The notes beneath the pieces were generated by a model. The model saw only the letters and a program-made list of their open reading frames with translations. It was not told the DNA's origin and did no database searches. Made by a program: the position numbers and the translations under genes. Shown here piece after piece: positions 1 through 9,610 of a stretch of DNA of 64,000 bases. The DNA lies in IMG/VR virus record IMGVR_UViG_2660238316_000001, positions 1 through 64,000 of that record. One strand, written 5' to 3'. The first letter of the stretch is position 1. Each line of letters begins with the position of its first letter. The DNA comes from an uncultured virus (IMG/VR IMGVR_UViG_2660238316_000001) (taxonomy: Duplodnaviria; Heunggongvirae; Uroviricota; Caudoviricetes).

Positions 1-483
1 TTATTCCACTAAACATAATTCCCGCTCTACCTCGCGACGATTCTTTAACCCTTTCCACGACTGACCATCAGCATATATCCAGCGGCGTAACTCATCGCAA
101 GCGCCTTTGATGTCGCCAGTATTGAGCTTTTTAAGCAGCGTAGATTGGATAAAAGCATGCTGCCCGACGTTATAGGTGAACGAGTACAGAGCCGCTTTCT
201 GGTATTGGCTTAGTGGGATTTTCACAGCTGCATCAACAATGCGTTGTACCGGCGTCAGATCTTGTTGCAATAAAGCATCGCATTCCGCATCAGAATATTT
301 TTTACTGGGGATGATATCTTTACCGGTGTGGCCATCGCATACAGTGAGGACATTGACGACATCGTAGTAAGCCACATACTTGCGGCCCTCTAATCCATCT
401 TCACCACCTAGTAATACACCAGCAATAGCCAGTGCTCCGAAAGCAGAAACACCCATTAACTTACTGCGAAGAGTTGGAGACAT
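1..483 (-). CDS. Phage lysozyme (GH24 family, SAR-type endolysin)
   Basis: Ala/Gly-rich hydrophobic N-terminus followed by EG-x7-D-x5-T-VCDGHT catalytic region; close paralogue at 62657-63145. Confidence 0.95.
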   Translation of the reverse strand: MSPTLRSKLMGVSAFGALAIAGVLLGGEDGLEGRKYVAYYDVVNVLTVCDGHTGKDIIPSKKYSDAECDALLQQDLTPVQRIVDAAVKIPLSQYQKAALYSFTYNVGQHAFIQSTLLKKLNTGDIKGACDELRRWIYADGQSWKGLKNRREVERELCLVE

Positions 484-484
484 T

Positions 485-661
485 TTATTTCTTCCGTAAT
501 TGAAATTCTTTTCGCTTATAGTGCCAATTCACAATAAAGGTTCCCGTCGTGCAGACAATACCGACTACCATGGCCCATTCGTTTAGAGATAAGGCACCAA
601 TCGTTGTTGTTAACCCGCCGAACCACAAGGATATCGCGCTGGAATATTTATCCATCTTCAT
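485..661 (-). CDS. Holin with dual-start motif (58 aa, absent from ORF track)
   Basis: Reads MKMDKYSSAISLWFGGLTTTIGALSLNEWAMVVGIVCTTGTFIVNWHYKRKEFQLRKK*; GGGGAG RBS; immediately upstream of lysozyme. Confidence 0.9.
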   Translation of the reverse strand: MKMDKYSSAISLWFGGLTTTIGALSLNEWAMVVGIVCTTGTFIVNWHYKRKEFQLRKK

Positions 662-887
662 TGTCTCCCCCTGCCAGTTGGCCTGGGCATATATTTGCTG
701 CTTTTGGAAAATAGCTCGCCGCCGTGCCCCATCCAGACGCAGAGATTATTTGAGGATAATTGATGCTGGCGATGAACTATAAAAAACCACACAAATAGCG
801 AGGCCTAATAATTTAAATTATTATGTAAAAATACCGTCTCTTTCGGTGATAATAAGCCAACAACATAGACAAAAGGAAAATTGCTCG

Positions 888-1064
888 ATGAATACCGGTT
901 TTATTCTGCTCTGTATTTATGTAGTTGGCGTTATTATTTCTACTTTCATTATTTTCCCGCTGACACGTGACCAGAGCTTAGTAGTAAGGTGCTTATCATC
1001 ACTTTTAATTGGTATAACCTGGCCCTTAAGCCTGCCCGTTGCCCTGCTGCTCTCAATGTTCTAA
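888..1064 (+). CDS. GhoT/OrtT-family small membrane toxin
   Basis: 58 aa, two hydrophobic helices, C-terminus LIGITWPLSLPVALLLSMF resembles OrtT/YdcX; AAGGA RBS upstream of ATG 888. Confidence 0.8.
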   Translation: MNTGFILLCIYVVGVIISTFIIFPLTRDQSLVVRCLSSLLIGITWPLSLPVALLLSMF

Positions 1065-1125
1065 TTAATACGCGTTAGGAGCTTAGCCCAAAAGTATCGG
1101 GCCTCATCAATGCTTGGGATAAAAT

Positions 1126-1153
1126 GAAAAAACCCCGCCTGAGCGAGGTTTCT
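1126..1153 (-). terminator. Intrinsic terminator downstream of Q (tR'-like)
   Basis: AAACCTCGCTCAGGCGGGGTTTTTT hairpin plus T-run on minus strand. Confidence 0.65.
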
Positions 1154-1239
1154 TTGACTGTATGAGTGCAACTGCACAACCAACTGTTATCAGACTAATG
1201 CACTTTTTGCGGCCGCACCAACACTTTTATCATAAAAAA

Positions 1240-1659
1240 TTAATTTTGTATTTCGGCGTCCATCTCAAGGCGAATATCCATCATGGCAAGGCAACCATCA
1301 ACAAAGCCCTCAGCCATTTGTAGATTTATTCTTATTGCTCTTTCGTCTTTCTTTTGTTGCCTTGCAATAGCACGTTTAGATTGATTATAGACATAATGCC
1401 GAATGACCAATTCCCACTCGTCATACCGATGACGTTTTAAACGAGAAACACATCCATCAACGGCTAATCCATCATCATCACAACATGAAGGTCGTGATGA
1501 GGTGGTGTACGGGAGTAAACCTTTAAACCCTGCGGCAATAGAGGAATAGTCAATACCTGAATTATCTTTAGCCCATACACCCCAGCGTTCAAGAACAAGT
1601 TGAATATTACGCCTTGGTTTTTTCTGCCCTGAAGGCAAGTTTTTCGATATTCGCATCAT
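1240..1659 (-). CDS. Late antiterminator Q family protein
   Basis: RNIQLVLERWGVWA...SSIAAGFKGLLP...CCDDDGL...AEGFVDGCL motifs; upstream of lysis cassette. Confidence 0.9.
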   Translation of the reverse strand: MMRISKNLPSGQKKPRRNIQLVLERWGVWAKDNSGIDYSSIAAGFKGLLPYTTSSRPSCCDDDGLAVDGCVSRLKRHRYDEWELVIRHYVYNQSKRAIARQQKKDERAIRINLQMAEGFVDGCLAMMDIRLEMDAEIQN

Positions 1660-1737
1660 AACTCTTCTTCCTTCCGTGAAATATACTGTGTGTGCATAAC
1701 GCCCCGTCCTAATTAGGGTCGATGGTGGCGCTATTAA

Positions 1738-2010
1738 TTAAATGGGGGAGTTTATGGAAAATATGGCATTTCCAGGCCCCTGCCCATTTGGAGGTTTAAT
1801 TGCACAGCGCGGCAATACATCACAGTATTTGAGGCAAGTTATAGGGGCTGCGTGCTTATCTGCCCACAAGCCGCTATGACGAATATATTTTGTTAAATAG
1901 TTGACGTAGCTGCATCTCAACTTGATTTTATAATGCAGATACTCCCTGACTTCGAGCATGGCCGGTGTCAGTATGTTATTGTCAGATTTGATAAATGATA
2001 GTTGTGTCAT
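1738..2010 (-). pseudogene. Truncated DUF1367-like nin-region gene
   Basis: Only the first ~32 aa (MTQLSFIKSDNNILTPA...KIKL) resemble the family; the remainder does not. Confidence 0.5.
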
Positions 2011-2083
2011 CTTGCCCCCTTGAGTGATGACACAACAACTGCTTAGGTTGTCAGTTGTTCAGGCCGACAGAGCTATTATTCCG

Positions 2084-2266
2084 TTAAACATCGGGCATTG
2101 AAATTGTATACCCGGCTATTTCTGCCAATTCGATTAATACCGGTAAGGTCGCGACAAACTGATTATCTCTTAAGTGTTCCACACTCACTATCTCACCATG
2201 TTCGCAACGGAGTAAAACTGTACCATCCGAAGGCAGAAGCTTAATCAAGTTTTCTATAGGAATCAT
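2084..2266 (-). CDS. Small conserved-type prophage protein
   Basis: 60-aa ORF with AAGGA RBS in nin-like region. Confidence 0.55.
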   Translation of the reverse strand: MIPIENLIKLLPSDGTVLLRCEHGEIVSVEHLRDNQFVATLPVLIELAEIAGYTISMPDV

Positions 2267-2409
2267 TAGGTAACATCCTTATATTATTAACCCCCTACAG
2301 GGGACCCGATTAAACTCGATTTCCCTTCTAACTAAATTAATTAAAACCACATATTAGAAATAGCTGACATAACCCCATGAAAGAGGAAATATCAGCTGCT
2401 CTCATTTTA

Positions 2410-3054
2410 TTAAGTGTCTTTTTCCCAAGGGCATAGCTCGGTTAACGCGGTTTCCAGCGTGGAGATATCGTCAGAGCTGAGCAATGGGATCAGCTTTTCA
2501 ATTTCATCATCTGGTCGTTTATAAATCCGTAGATTTACGATCCTCGTAATGACATCTTCAGAGAAACGGTATTTTATGACCCGAGCCGGGTTGCCACCGA
2601 CGACGGCATACGCAGGAATATCTTTTGTGACAATACTCCCCGCAGCAATAACAGCGCCCTCTCCGACCGTAATACCAGGCATAACCATACAGCGCATTCC
2701 AAGCCAGCAGCCATCATTCAGTACGGTATTTCCTCTGGGCTGATAAGATTTTTTCACCATACTCATAAAGGGATAAAGGCTAATAAAATCAATGGAGTGA
2801 TTATGATTCCCGCCCATTAATATTACAGCTTCCGCACCAATACAGACATAATCACCAATAATAAGTTGGTCAATATGCCCAAGCGGCTCCCATTGCTGGC
2901 TAACGTTGTCGCCGTGGAGATAACGAACAACCGAGAGTTCAAACCCATCATCCCAACAGTCACTGTAGTAACTATGTTGGCCTCTGATCAAAATATTCGG
3001 GTTCTTGACGGAAAGATGCAGATACTCGACTTGTGACCAGTGTTTATTTTTCAT
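2410..3054 (-). CDS. CatB/CatC-like xenobiotic O-acetyltransferase (hexapeptide repeat)
   Basis: KHWS..LH..VKNPNI..HSYYS N-terminus, MGGNHNH, left-handed beta-helix repeats, VVGGNPARVIKYRF. Confidence 0.9.
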   Translation of the reverse strand: MKNKHWSQVEYLHLSVKNPNILIRGQHSYYSDCWDDGFELSVVRYLHGDNVSQQWEPLGHIDQLIIGDYVCIGAEAVILMGGNHNHSIDFISLYPFMSMVKKSYQPRGNTVLNDGCWLGMRCMVMPGITVGEGAVIAAGSIVTKDIPAYAVVGGNPARVIKYRFSEDVITRIVNLRIYKRPDDEIEKLIPLLSSDDISTLETALTELCPWEKDT

Positions 3055-3072
3055 GACTTTTTCCTTTTCGAT

Positions 3073-3106
3073 AAAAGAAAGCCACGGAACGTGTTGATTT
3101 CGTGGC
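3073..3106 (-). terminator. Attenuator terminator upstream of the acetyltransferase
   Basis: GCCACGAAA...TTCCGTGGC stem followed by TTTCTTTT on minus strand. Confidence 0.75.
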
Positions 3107-3111
3107 AGTGA

Positions 3112-3189
3112 TTATACGTTCAGATAACCACTGCTTTTAGCTATTCGAGGATGGAACATCAGCGGACAACGGAAATAATTTATATTCAT
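3112..3189 (-). CDS. Putative leader peptide MNINYFRCPLMFHPRIAKSSGYLNV
   Basis: 25 codons, AGGTGG RBS, stop codon lies inside an alternative hairpin overlapping the terminator. Confidence 0.65.
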   Translation of the reverse strand: MNINYFRCPLMFHPRIAKSSGYLNV

Positions 3190-3378
3190 AAAAACCACCT
3201 TTTAGCTTATTTTAAGTAGATTTTCTCATATGTTCAATTGTGATTTTTTATAACTAACCTTTTAACACTAGAGTTGCCTACCGCTACGTAATGGGTATTT
3301 TTGATCCCAGCCCAGTTTGGGCTGAAGATGGGCATTTTTGTCTGGGTAGCTTCAACCTCCACGTTAAACAGCAACCAG

Positions 3379-3445
3379 ATTAAATCATAGGGTTATATCA
3401 AAATACAACTAAAGAGTTATTTATATAATTAAACCTTTGGTTTAT
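3379..3445. promoter_or_regulatory. OR-like operator cluster
   Basis: 3379-3395 is the exact reverse complement of TAACCCTATGATTTAAT at 3992-4008; two more degenerate sites follow. Confidence 0.7.
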
Positions 3446-3454
3446 AATCTTGAT

Positions 3455-3874
3455 ATGAAAGAAGAAAAAAGCTCACTGGAACCGCCTATTGCGGCTCGAC
3501 TTTATCACTTAATGAATAAAACCGGCGTGAATAAGTCGGGGCTTGCTCGTATCTGCGGAATAACTCCTCAAGCCGCTGGTCGCTGGTTCACGAAAGGAAA
3601 GATAAGCAAAGATTCGGCATTAAAATTATCTGAAGCCTTTGGTGTTTCCCTTTCCTGGTTGCTAAGTGATGAAACGGATAACCCAGAGCTCCCCACCGTC
3701 TCAGAAGTCGTTTTAAGTGAAAGACAAAGGGAATTGCTGAATTTGTTTGACCGACTACCTGAAAGTGATAAAGACAATTATATTGAAGCACTTAGGACCA
3801 AAGTTGAGAACTACGACAAGTTATTCAATGAGCTATTGAAATCCAGAAATATCAAAGAATTATCCTTAAAGTAG
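3455..3874 (+). CDS. XRE/HTH prophage repressor (DicA/CI-like, no S24 peptidase domain)
   Basis: N-terminal HTH (KSGLARICGITPQAAGRW...FGVSLSWLL), short C-terminal LSERQRELLNLFDRLP domain; TATAAT at 3443-3448 lies 6 nt before ATG 3455. Confidence 0.9.
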   Translation: MKEEKSSLEPPIAARLYHLMNKTGVNKSGLARICGITPQAAGRWFTKGKISKDSALKLSEAFGVSLSWLLSDETDNPELPTVSEVVLSERQRELLNLFDRLPESDKDNYIEALRTKVENYDKLFNELLKSRNIKELSLK

Positions 3875-3902
3875 AAACAATAGACAAAATAAATCACCAA
3901 TG

Positions 3903-3925
3903 AAACCAGCTCTTGCTGGTTTTTT
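3903..3925 (+). terminator. Terminator of repressor gene
   Basis: AAACCAGC-TCTT-GCTGGTTTTTT. Confidence 0.8.
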
Positions 3926-3944
3926 CGTCTAAATTTCAAAATAT

Positions 3945-4008
3945 TAACCCTATGATTGATAATGAAGTAAAACTAATGATTGATATCAATATAACCCTAT
4001 GATTTAAT
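3945..4008. promoter_or_regulatory. OL-like operator triplet overlapping a PL-like promoter
   Basis: TAACCCTATGATTGAT (3945), TAAAACTAATGATTGAT (3968), TAACCCTATGATTTAAT (3992) at 23-24 bp spacing. Confidence 0.75.
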
Positions 4009-4188
4009 CCACTCATCAACGGCACAGCAGCCGCTTAGGTGAGCAAGTTCTGACAATCTGAAAGCAGATAAATCGTGAGTAAAGCATAATTTTTGGAATA
4101 AGAATGGAATATAAAAAGATAGACTAAATAACAACTCCATCAATATAATCAACCCACTCATACACCAATTTATATAAGGAGGATTGCC

Positions 4189-4272
4189 ATGTTGACCCGT
4201 GAAATGTTTTTAGTTTCGCTCGTCCTTAGCGATCGTCATTGCTCAAGCATTACTGGTATCGTGCTGCGATAA
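4189..4272 (+). CDS. Putative leader peptide MLTREMFLVSLVLSDRHCSSITGIVLR upstream of ABC-F
   Basis: Strong TAAGGAGG RBS, 27 codons, followed by several competing hairpins before the ABC-F start. Confidence 0.7.
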   Translation: MLTREMFLVSLVLSDRHCSSITGIVLR

Positions 4273-4384
4273 CCTGCTTGAGCGAAGCTAACTAAACAAT
4301 CTGAGAACTTCCCTCCGGCTTACCGGTTATCGTCAGTAATTTTTGACGATAGGCATTTTTATGCCTGAAATCTGGATAAGCATC

Positions 4385-6124
4385 ATGAGTACATTACTTT
4401 CTGCGCAATCTGTCAGCTACGACAACACCTTCGGTCCGTTACTGGCTGAGATTTCTTTTAGCCTGAAAAAAGGCGACCGCATCGGCCTGATTGGGCATAA
4501 CGGCTGTGGCAAAAGTACCCTTCTGAATATCCTCAGCGGTGCACTATCTATGACCTCTGGCACCATCACAACAGCAAATCAATGCTTGATGGCCACGGTA
4601 GAACAGCATCTGCCCTGCGCATTAAACGAAGCTACGTTGATAGATGCGGTGCTCAATCATCTGCCGGGCAGCCTGCACCAACCGGAACGCTGGCAAGCCG
4701 AAGTCCTACTCGCCACACTGGGTTTTGAGGAAAACGTATGGTCACTGACTGCCGCAACTCTGAGCGGCGGGCAACATACGCGCCTGCTGCTAGCGCGAGC
4801 TTTGATCCGCCAGCCGGATTTACTGCTGCTGGATGAGCCCAGTAACCACCTGGATTTACCAACTCTGCTATGGCTTGAACAGTTTCTACAAAATTGGGGA
4901 GGCAGCTTTGTACTGGTATCGCACGACCGCAGCCTGCTCGACCGCGTGACCAACTGCACCTGGATCTTGCGCGATAAAACCCTGCAATTTATTCGTCTAC
5001 CCTGCTCACAAGCCAGGCTGGCGTTAGAAGAAAAGGATAGCGCCGATGCTCATCGCCATCATGCAGAACAAAAGGAGATCGACCGCGTAGCGAAAAGTGC
5101 CAAACGGTTGGCTATCTGGGGCAGCGTGTATGACAACGAAAAGCTGGCTCGTAAAGCCAAGCAGATGGAGAAACAAGTTGATCGAATGAAGGAAGATCAA
5201 ACTCTATTAACGGCCGGCAATCAATGGCAATTGCGGCTCAATGGTGAAGCATTGCCTGCTGATCGTGTGCTGGCACTATCTGATTTGCAGGTGCGTCCTG
5301 CGCCGGATGCACCTGTTTTATTCGAACTGGATGAAGTTAGAGTAAAAAGTGGCGATCGCATCGCGCTAGTTGGCCGCAATGGCTGCGGTAAGTCATCGTT
5401 ATTACATAGCTTATGGCAGGAATTTAACCAGCCAGAAACCTCCGATGCGGGTATAGTTTTTCATCCAAAAGTCCGTATGGGATATTACGATCAAAGCCTA
5501 CATCAATTACACGATGACGATTCAATCAGCGACGCGCTGACGCCTTTTGCACCATTGACGGAAGACCAGCGAAAAATGGCGCTGATTGGTGCGGGCTTCC
5601 CTTACCTGCGGCATCAACAAAAGGTAAGTACCCTAAGCGGTGGTGAACGTTCACGGCTGCTGTTTATCGGCTTAACACTGGCAAACTATTCGTTACTGCT
5701 ACTGGATGAGCCGACCAACCACCTCGATATAGAAGGTAAAGAGGAACTGGCGGAAACACTAAAAACGTTCAAAGGTGCAGTATTATTGGTGTCACATGAC
5801 CGCATGCTAATTGAGCAAAGTTGTAATCGCTTCTGGTTGATCCACCAACAACGGCTCGAAGAGTGGCACGACCTGGCTCCGGTTTACAACATTCTGGCCG
5901 ATAAACCAGTAATAGCGCCGAGTTCAAGTTCAGCCATTGCTACAGCTGCTATTACCACCCTCATGAAAAGTGAGGAAGATTATTTGCTGACAGCCTTGCT
6001 GGATCTGGAGGCCAAACTGGCCGAGGATTTGGCGCGGAAACCTAAACACCAAAAAATCACATTACAACGTGAGTGGCAGCAACAAATCGACGAGCTTAAT
6101 AGTCTGCTAGGTTTAAGAGAGTGA
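4385..6124 (+). CDS. ABC-F family ATPase (ribosome-associated, possible antibiotic-resistance type)
   Basis: Two ABC domains (GHNGCGKST/LSGGQ/LLLDEPSNHLD and GRNGCGKSS/LSGGE/LLLDEPTNHLD), helical linker, no TM segments. Confidence 0.92.
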   Translation: MSTLLSAQSVSYDNTFGPLLAEISFSLKKGDRIGLIGHNGCGKSTLLNILSGALSMTSGTITTANQCLMATVEQHLPCALNEATLIDAVLNHLPGSLHQPERWQAEVLLATLGFEENVWSLTAATLSGGQHTRLLLARALIRQPDLLLLDEPSNHLDLPTLLWLEQFLQNWGGSFVLVSHDRSLLDRVTNCTWILRDKTLQFIRLPCSQARLALEEKDSADAHRHHAEQKEIDRVAKSAKRLAIWGSVYDNEKLARKAKQMEKQVDRMKEDQTLLTAGNQWQLRLNGEALPADRVLALSDLQVRPAPDAPVLFELDEVRVKSGDRIALVGRNGCGKSSLLHSLWQEFNQPETSDAGIVFHPKVRMGYYDQSLHQLHDDDSISDALTPFAPLTEDQRKMALIGAGFPYLRHQQKVSTLSGGERSRLLFIGLTLANYSLLLLDEPTNHLDIEGKEELAETLKTFKGAVLLVSHDRMLIEQSCNRFWLIHQQRLEEWHDLAPVYNILADKPVIAPSSSSAIATAAITTLMKSEEDYLLTALLDLEAKLAEDLARKPKHQKITLQREWQQQIDELNSLLGLRE

Positions 6125-6176
6125 GGACTAACGGATTCAAAAGTTTTTAACTCAAATATCCGCTGGGTGTATGACC

Positions 6177-6209
6177 AATAAGCCTCATCAGTTTCTGATG
6201 GGGCTTATT
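6177..6209 (+). terminator. Hairpin after ABC-F gene
   Basis: AATAAGCCTCATCAG-TTT-CTGATGGGGCTTATT inverted repeat. Confidence 0.65.
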
Positions 6210-6585
6210 CCATGCTTTCAGGTTGCTGGCTCCCACAAAAATCAGTACCAGTAAACATAAATCGCCAACTAGACAGTATAACTCTCGCCATAATTTCAAA
6301 CTATTTTCAGAGCCTCGCTCGCTATAATCCTAGGGTATTACCTGTGACAACATTCACCGTTATCTATCTGGATTCCCATAGAAATGAGTGGGTAAAAATT
6401 TCGCCGGTTGAACCTGGCTAAAATAATCAATGTAGAAACCATGGCCGGACATCGATTATTTATTTTTTTATCAGAGATAAGAAAAATATTTACTCCACGA
6501 AAAGGCTAAATACAGAGCTTTCTTGTAGAAAATCTATTGAGCAATAGATATACAGTGGTACTGCTTTAGTTAACACCATAAGGAA

Positions 6586-7285
6586 ATGGATGCTAGGGAA
6601 AAAGACAAACTGGAAAAAATGGTATTTTCCGGCGATATTGTCATGCTTAGCGACATTCATGGCCCTGCCAAGCTATTTTATATTGGTGAAAACGGTAAGC
6701 TTATTTGCACCGATCCACTTAGTTTTCATTTTGATGGTGCGAAAAAGATTATCGCTGAATTTAATAGCTCGGTGAGTAGAAAGGATTATAGTCACTCTGA
6801 AGGAAAACCACGACCAACACAGGTTCAGCGTTTGGTACGTGCTTCTGTACCTGATTTGCCAGCACAGCAAGCCTTCCGTACTATTAACACCAAGGCTGCG
6901 GAGCGACTGCTGGCTGCCGGAGGCGTTTACAACGGAAATGTTGAAGGTTATACGAAAACAGCCCAAGATTTAGGCGGTTAAGCAAGCTAAAGCAAAAGTG
7001 TTAGCTGACGGTACTAGAGAAACGTTCCCTAATGGAAATATGGCGGATGCTCATGCCGAAATAGGTGCTCTTCAACAAGCACATGAAGCTGGGGTCTCGA
7101 AGGGAGCCGATATAAACATGGTTGTGAGCGGTAAAGATGTCTGTGGTTACTGTAGAGGCGATATTGCTGCAGCCGCAAATGCCGCTGAAGTAAACTCGCT
7201 CACTATACATGCTGTCGATAAATATGGTGACCCAGTAAAATACACATGGGAAACAGGAATGAGATCTATCAAGGTGGCTAAATGA
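6586..7285 (+). pseudogene. Split polymorphic toxin with C-terminal nucleic-acid deaminase domain
   Basis: N-terminal fragment 6586-6981 is out of frame with 6998-7285, which carries HAE...VCGYC (HxE/CxxC zinc deaminase motif). Confidence 0.7.
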
Positions 7286-7692
7286 ATAAAGATATGGTGT
7301 TAGGCGGTTATTTCTTTAGCCCTTCTGGTGATAGGGAACAGTTAAAACCTTTAAAGAACCCTTCTGAGGATGACTTACTCCAAGTCCTTGAACTTTTCCG
7401 TGATAACGTTGGTGTGTTGGGTATGAAAAATAACGCTTGTGACGATATCGATCCTGAAGAGTTATCTTTATACACTGAATCTGGACGCTATATGTTGTTG
7501 CTAGGTGAAAATGATTGTGATGGTGAATATAACGTCAGGACGTTGCACAACCTAAACTCACCAGGTGGCTTGCAGCTTATGCACGGTGAACCTTATGGAG
7601 CATCAACTATAGTTGATGATTTTGATCCGGTGATCACTGCTTTTCGAGAGTATCTAGCTACTGGTAATGTATCGACAGACCTCCTTTATTAA
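7282..7692 (+). CDS. Probable cognate immunity protein
   Basis: Acidic 136-aa ORF overlapping the deaminase stop (ATGA). Confidence 0.65.
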   Translation: MNKDMVLGGYFFSPSGDREQLKPLKNPSEDDLLQVLELFRDNVGVLGMKNNACDDIDPEELSLYTESGRYMLLLGENDCDGEYNVRTLHNLNSPGGLQLMHGEPYGASTIVDDFDPVITAFREYLATGNVSTDLLY

Positions 7693-8189
7693 TATTGCTT
7701 AAGTCATCAAAATGGCGATCCAACCCAGCACCATTGCTAGGTTTTTGTGCTTGATCCCGACATCGTAATTACTCCAATAACGCGTCAAAACTCATGCTTT
7801 ATTAACGCGTCAAGGATATCCGAATTGGTAGTTTTGAGATTTATTAACGCCAATAAATTTGATGAAAACATCATGCTGCAGATGATTATATTTTTTGAGA
7901 TAACTTAGATAATTAATTGACAAGCCATATAACCTTATATTTAACAAAGTATTATTTATTCAAATTATGGGGATATAACAACATTCATAAGAAAACCGCA
8001 TTATTAGACAAGAGATAAAAAACATTGACACCCTCATGAAATATCCGTTGACCAATCAGCTCTGTCTTTAGAGCTACCATGGTTTTTATAACACCGAAAC
8101 TTTCCCCTACGGCGTGGAGTTCTGTATTCATTCCCTCTTCGGGAAAATTCTCAATTAAGATATCCTCGCCACTTTTATTTTGAAATCTC

Positions 8190-8435
8190 TCGCTCATAAA
8201 ATATTCATATCAATAGCATTCCCTTCGGCATGTCTGATTCTTAATGATGGCGCTACGTTAAGCCCTCTCATACCGTACACTTTTACCATATTCTGTGTAG
8301 CTTTAATGCTTTTCGCAGTGTCCATACTGCCATCGATCTTTTAATGCGCCCATTGGATGCAAACACCCGTTTCAACCCGTACATATTCAGGCTTGGCAAG
8401 GTTTTTTGATATTTTACAAGACCAATGCATCAAAT
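8190..8435 (-). pseudogene. Fragment of a peptidoglycan-peptidase-like gene
   Basis: Reads MHWSCKI...W AH*...YGMRGLNVAPSLRIRHAEGNAIDM with an internal stop; the RH.EG.AID motif resembles M15-type peptidases. Confidence 0.4.
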
Positions 8436-8568
8436 AAACCCTCTCTGGGGGATTAATGTTGCAAATATAATTACTGCCGCGCAAATCTTATTAATTTAGA
8501 TATAAAATTATCAATGCTTATTTTAAATGACGGACTTAATAATGAATTCCCTTTATAAGTATTATTAT

Positions 8569-9195
8569 CTATATACCAATGATAATACTCAACGTCATTG
8601 AACCATCTATTTTAACATTCTCTGTAATGGGGCCTTTCATATCAGCAACACTGCCAAGTCTCGGCATGACTTCAATATCAGCACTGAATACTTTTCCTGG
8701 TGCTTTTGTTGCATTAGCATGGACCCAGCTCAGCCCATTCAGTGGCCCAATGCTTAATGATAAAATAGCCGCAGCGGCTTCTTCCTGTTTACGGAAATAT
8801 TTTGCAGTACCATCAACCTTTGCATTTGAAAAATAAACGCCGTAATCACCTATTTTTCCGGCGCCATTAACAAAACCTAATCCATAGCGACCTCCGGACG
8901 TGCTACTGCCAGCACGGTTATCGCTACCGGTCACGCTAACGTAGGTTTCAGCATCACAAATTACTGACCAGTTTTTGGTTATTGAAGGCAATACGGTGAG
9001 TGCCGAAGGTTTAACAGTATGCCCTGCAATTTCACCGACGTTATAGACTCCGCCGTCTGGAGCCATGATAATACAACCAGGGGGGCTCACCTGACCTTTG
9101 ACTGTTAATTCTGCTGTTGGTGCTTTTGCGTTTGCTGCATTGAAGCCAAAAATCTAATAAGACAGTGCTGTTAGTGCTATCAGTTGCTTTTTCAT
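8569..9195 (-). pseudogene. DUF1120-type fimbrial-like protein with nonsense mutation in the signal peptide
   Basis: ATG 9195 MKKQLIALTALSY*IFGFNAANAKAPTAELTVKGQVSPPGC is in frame with the 8569-9090 ORF; TAG at 9154-9156. Confidence 0.75.
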
Positions 9196-9415
9196 GTTTA
9201 TAGTCTGAGGTTATTCTAATTACATTAGAAAATGTCAACACAATTGAGGTTATCAAAGTGATAATTTTATCAAAATTTGATATTGATCAACATTTTTCCT
9301 TATTGAGGTGATTAAACAATAAACAAAAAGGGGCGTATATCAGAATGGAAGCTGACTTATTGTAAGATATTTCTTATGCGAGATAATTTATTGTTATTTT
9401 TACAACAATAAATAC

Positions 9416-9610
9416 GGCTCTGTTGCAGTAATCCGTCGTCAGGCAATATGTTATTTTTTACGATGTTTTCTGCGTATACCACTGAAAATACAGCACTGTT
9501 CATTGATATGGTCGCGCAATGTATTTGGCTTGAACCTACACAATTTGGAGGAGATGATGGCAGAGTACGGTATTATCATTGACCATTCCCCGCTTTACCA
9601 TTGAGTCACG
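9416..9610 (+). mobile_element. IS6-family remnant (left end and decayed transposase N-terminus)
   Basis: GGCTCTGTTGCA terminal repeat at 9416; translated NLEEMMAEYGIIIDHSPLYH* resembles IS6 transposases. Confidence 0.7.

Noticed and set aside
1683..1702. LexA box upstream of Q
   Set aside because: TACTGTGTGTGCATAACG lacks the CAG half-site; at best a decayed site
2410..3054. vat(F) symbol
   Set aside because: The N-terminus resembles the CatB/CatC-like branch rather than Vat as I recall it; substrate cannot be assigned from sequence
4050..4075. nutL site
   Set aside because: boxA/boxB resemblance is too degenerate and no N gene is present
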